From: Candidatus Heimdallarchaeota archaeon
GTDB taxonomy: Archaea > Asgardarchaeota > Heimdallarchaeia > Heimdallarchaeales > Heimdallarchaeaceae
Length of the DNA stretch: 46,807 bases
Direction: 5' to 3'
Assembly: GCA_018238545.1 (NCBI GenBank)
Contig: JABCTC010000027.1
Location: forward strand, 1-46,807
Notes under the pieces: generated by a model
Databases searched by the model: none
Told to the model about the DNA's origin: nothing
The model's input: only the letters and a program-made list of their open reading frames with translations
In this document: piece after piece, positions 46,162 to 46,807 of the stretch
Layout of the letters: the number at the start of each line of letters is the position of its first letter
Numbering within the stretch: the stretch's first letter is position 1
Position numbers and translations under genes: made by a program

Positions 46162-46807
46162 ATGAGAAGAAAATTAGTTATCGGAGTTAGTTTTTTCATA
46201 CTCACCATTTTTCTAGTTCAAACAGGTTCAACTATTCAACCAACAACTGACACTTCAGTTAATGAAAGTCTCCCTAGAGACAAAATAGTTGATAACTCTA
46301 TAAGAAAATTTGTCATGCATTTCGAATCAAAAAATGCTTACAATAGTTTTGTTGAAACACATTCTTACAAACTATCTTTTCCAAATTTGAAAATGGTTTT
46401 AGTAGAAGACAAACTAGCTGAAAAAGTTACACTCAATAACCTCGTTGGTGTAGATGGAGTTTTTGATGTTACTGACTCTAGGTTCTATAAAATCCAACCT
46501 GAACCTGGTGCAGACTTACTATATGCGAGTACAGAAGGAATTAAAAGAACAGTTGCTTCTAATGATTTACTCAATCTCCAACCTCTTTGGGATATGGGTT
46601 ATAAAGGAGATACCATTGTTGCTTATGACATAGATACGGGAATACGAACTGATCATGTCGATTTTGCAGGACGAATTATGCCTGAAAGTAAGTCTTTCAT
46701 AAGCCCTACTTATGGATTTACCAGGACAGACCTTTCAATAGAAGATTCTAATGGTCATGGAACCCACACAGCTGGTATTATGTTAGGAGATGGTACCGGA
46801 AATTCTG
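46162..46807 (+). CDS. Second S8 protease, tandem paralog of 43052-46048 (truncated by window end; absent from the ORF track)
   Basis: My translation: MRRKLVIGVSFFILTIFLVQ...LWDMGYKGDTIVAYDIDTGIRTDHVDF...EDSNGHGTHTAG. BRE-TATA GAAAAACTTTATG at 46125-46137. Confidence 0.9.
   Translation, partial: MRRKLVIGVSFFILTIFLVQTGSTIQPTTDTSVNESLPRDKIVDNSIRKFVMHFESKNAYNSFVETHSYKLSFPNLKMVLVEDKLAEKVTLNNLVGVDGVFDVTDSRFYKIQPEPGADLLYASTEGIKRTVASNDLLNLQPLWDMGYKGDTIVAYDIDTGIRTDHVDFAGRIMPESKSFISPTYGFTRTDLSIEDSNGHGTHTAGIMLGDGTGNS

Noticed and set aside
1-46807. tRNA/rRNA genes, IS elements, Sec/Pyl read-through
   Set aside because: I saw no GC-rich structured RNA islands, transposase motifs, terminal repeats or genes interrupted by in-frame UGA/UAG. 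tRNAscan-SE and Infernal would be needed to exclude small RNAs rigorously.

Overview
AT-rich (low-30s % GC by eye), gene-dense archaeal chromosomal segment. Archaeal origin is supported by BRE/TATA promoters, GGTGA Shine-Dalgarno sites, leaderless starts, a type II MetAP, DUF61 and TrmB-type HTH proteins. The gene repertoire and the hydrophobic-plus-basic C-terminal anchors suggest an Asgard (Heimdallarchaeia-like) organism, but that is inference. I call about 30 CDS: an amidohydrolase, a membrane esterase, an ArsR fusion, a heterodimeric ABC exporter, a sugar ABC importer with a fused permease, a 9-PAS pseudo-histidine kinase, a CaCA exchanger, rocD, a bacterial-type gap, map, an M24 hydrolase, dnaK-dnaJ (no grpE), an SDR, PhzF and two tandem S8 proteases. 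I found no rRNA, tRNA, CRISPR or mobile element. The best candidate for an undescribed system is the tightly packed minus-strand operon at 25643-33292. It encodes (1) a partly degenerate STAND-like P-loop NTPase ending in an alpha-SNAP-like TPR region, (2) a proline-free ~480-aa hendecad coiled-coil protein, and (3) a 1474-aa protein in which the two halves of a TrmB regulator are separated by ~1250 aa of hendecad helix with a Gly/Pro hinge almost exactly at its midpoint, suggesting an SMC-like fold-back rod with a DNA-binding head. A second highlight is a pair of S8 proteases whose architecture resembles eukaryotic site-1 protease. All family assignments come from motif recognition by eye; no database search was run.
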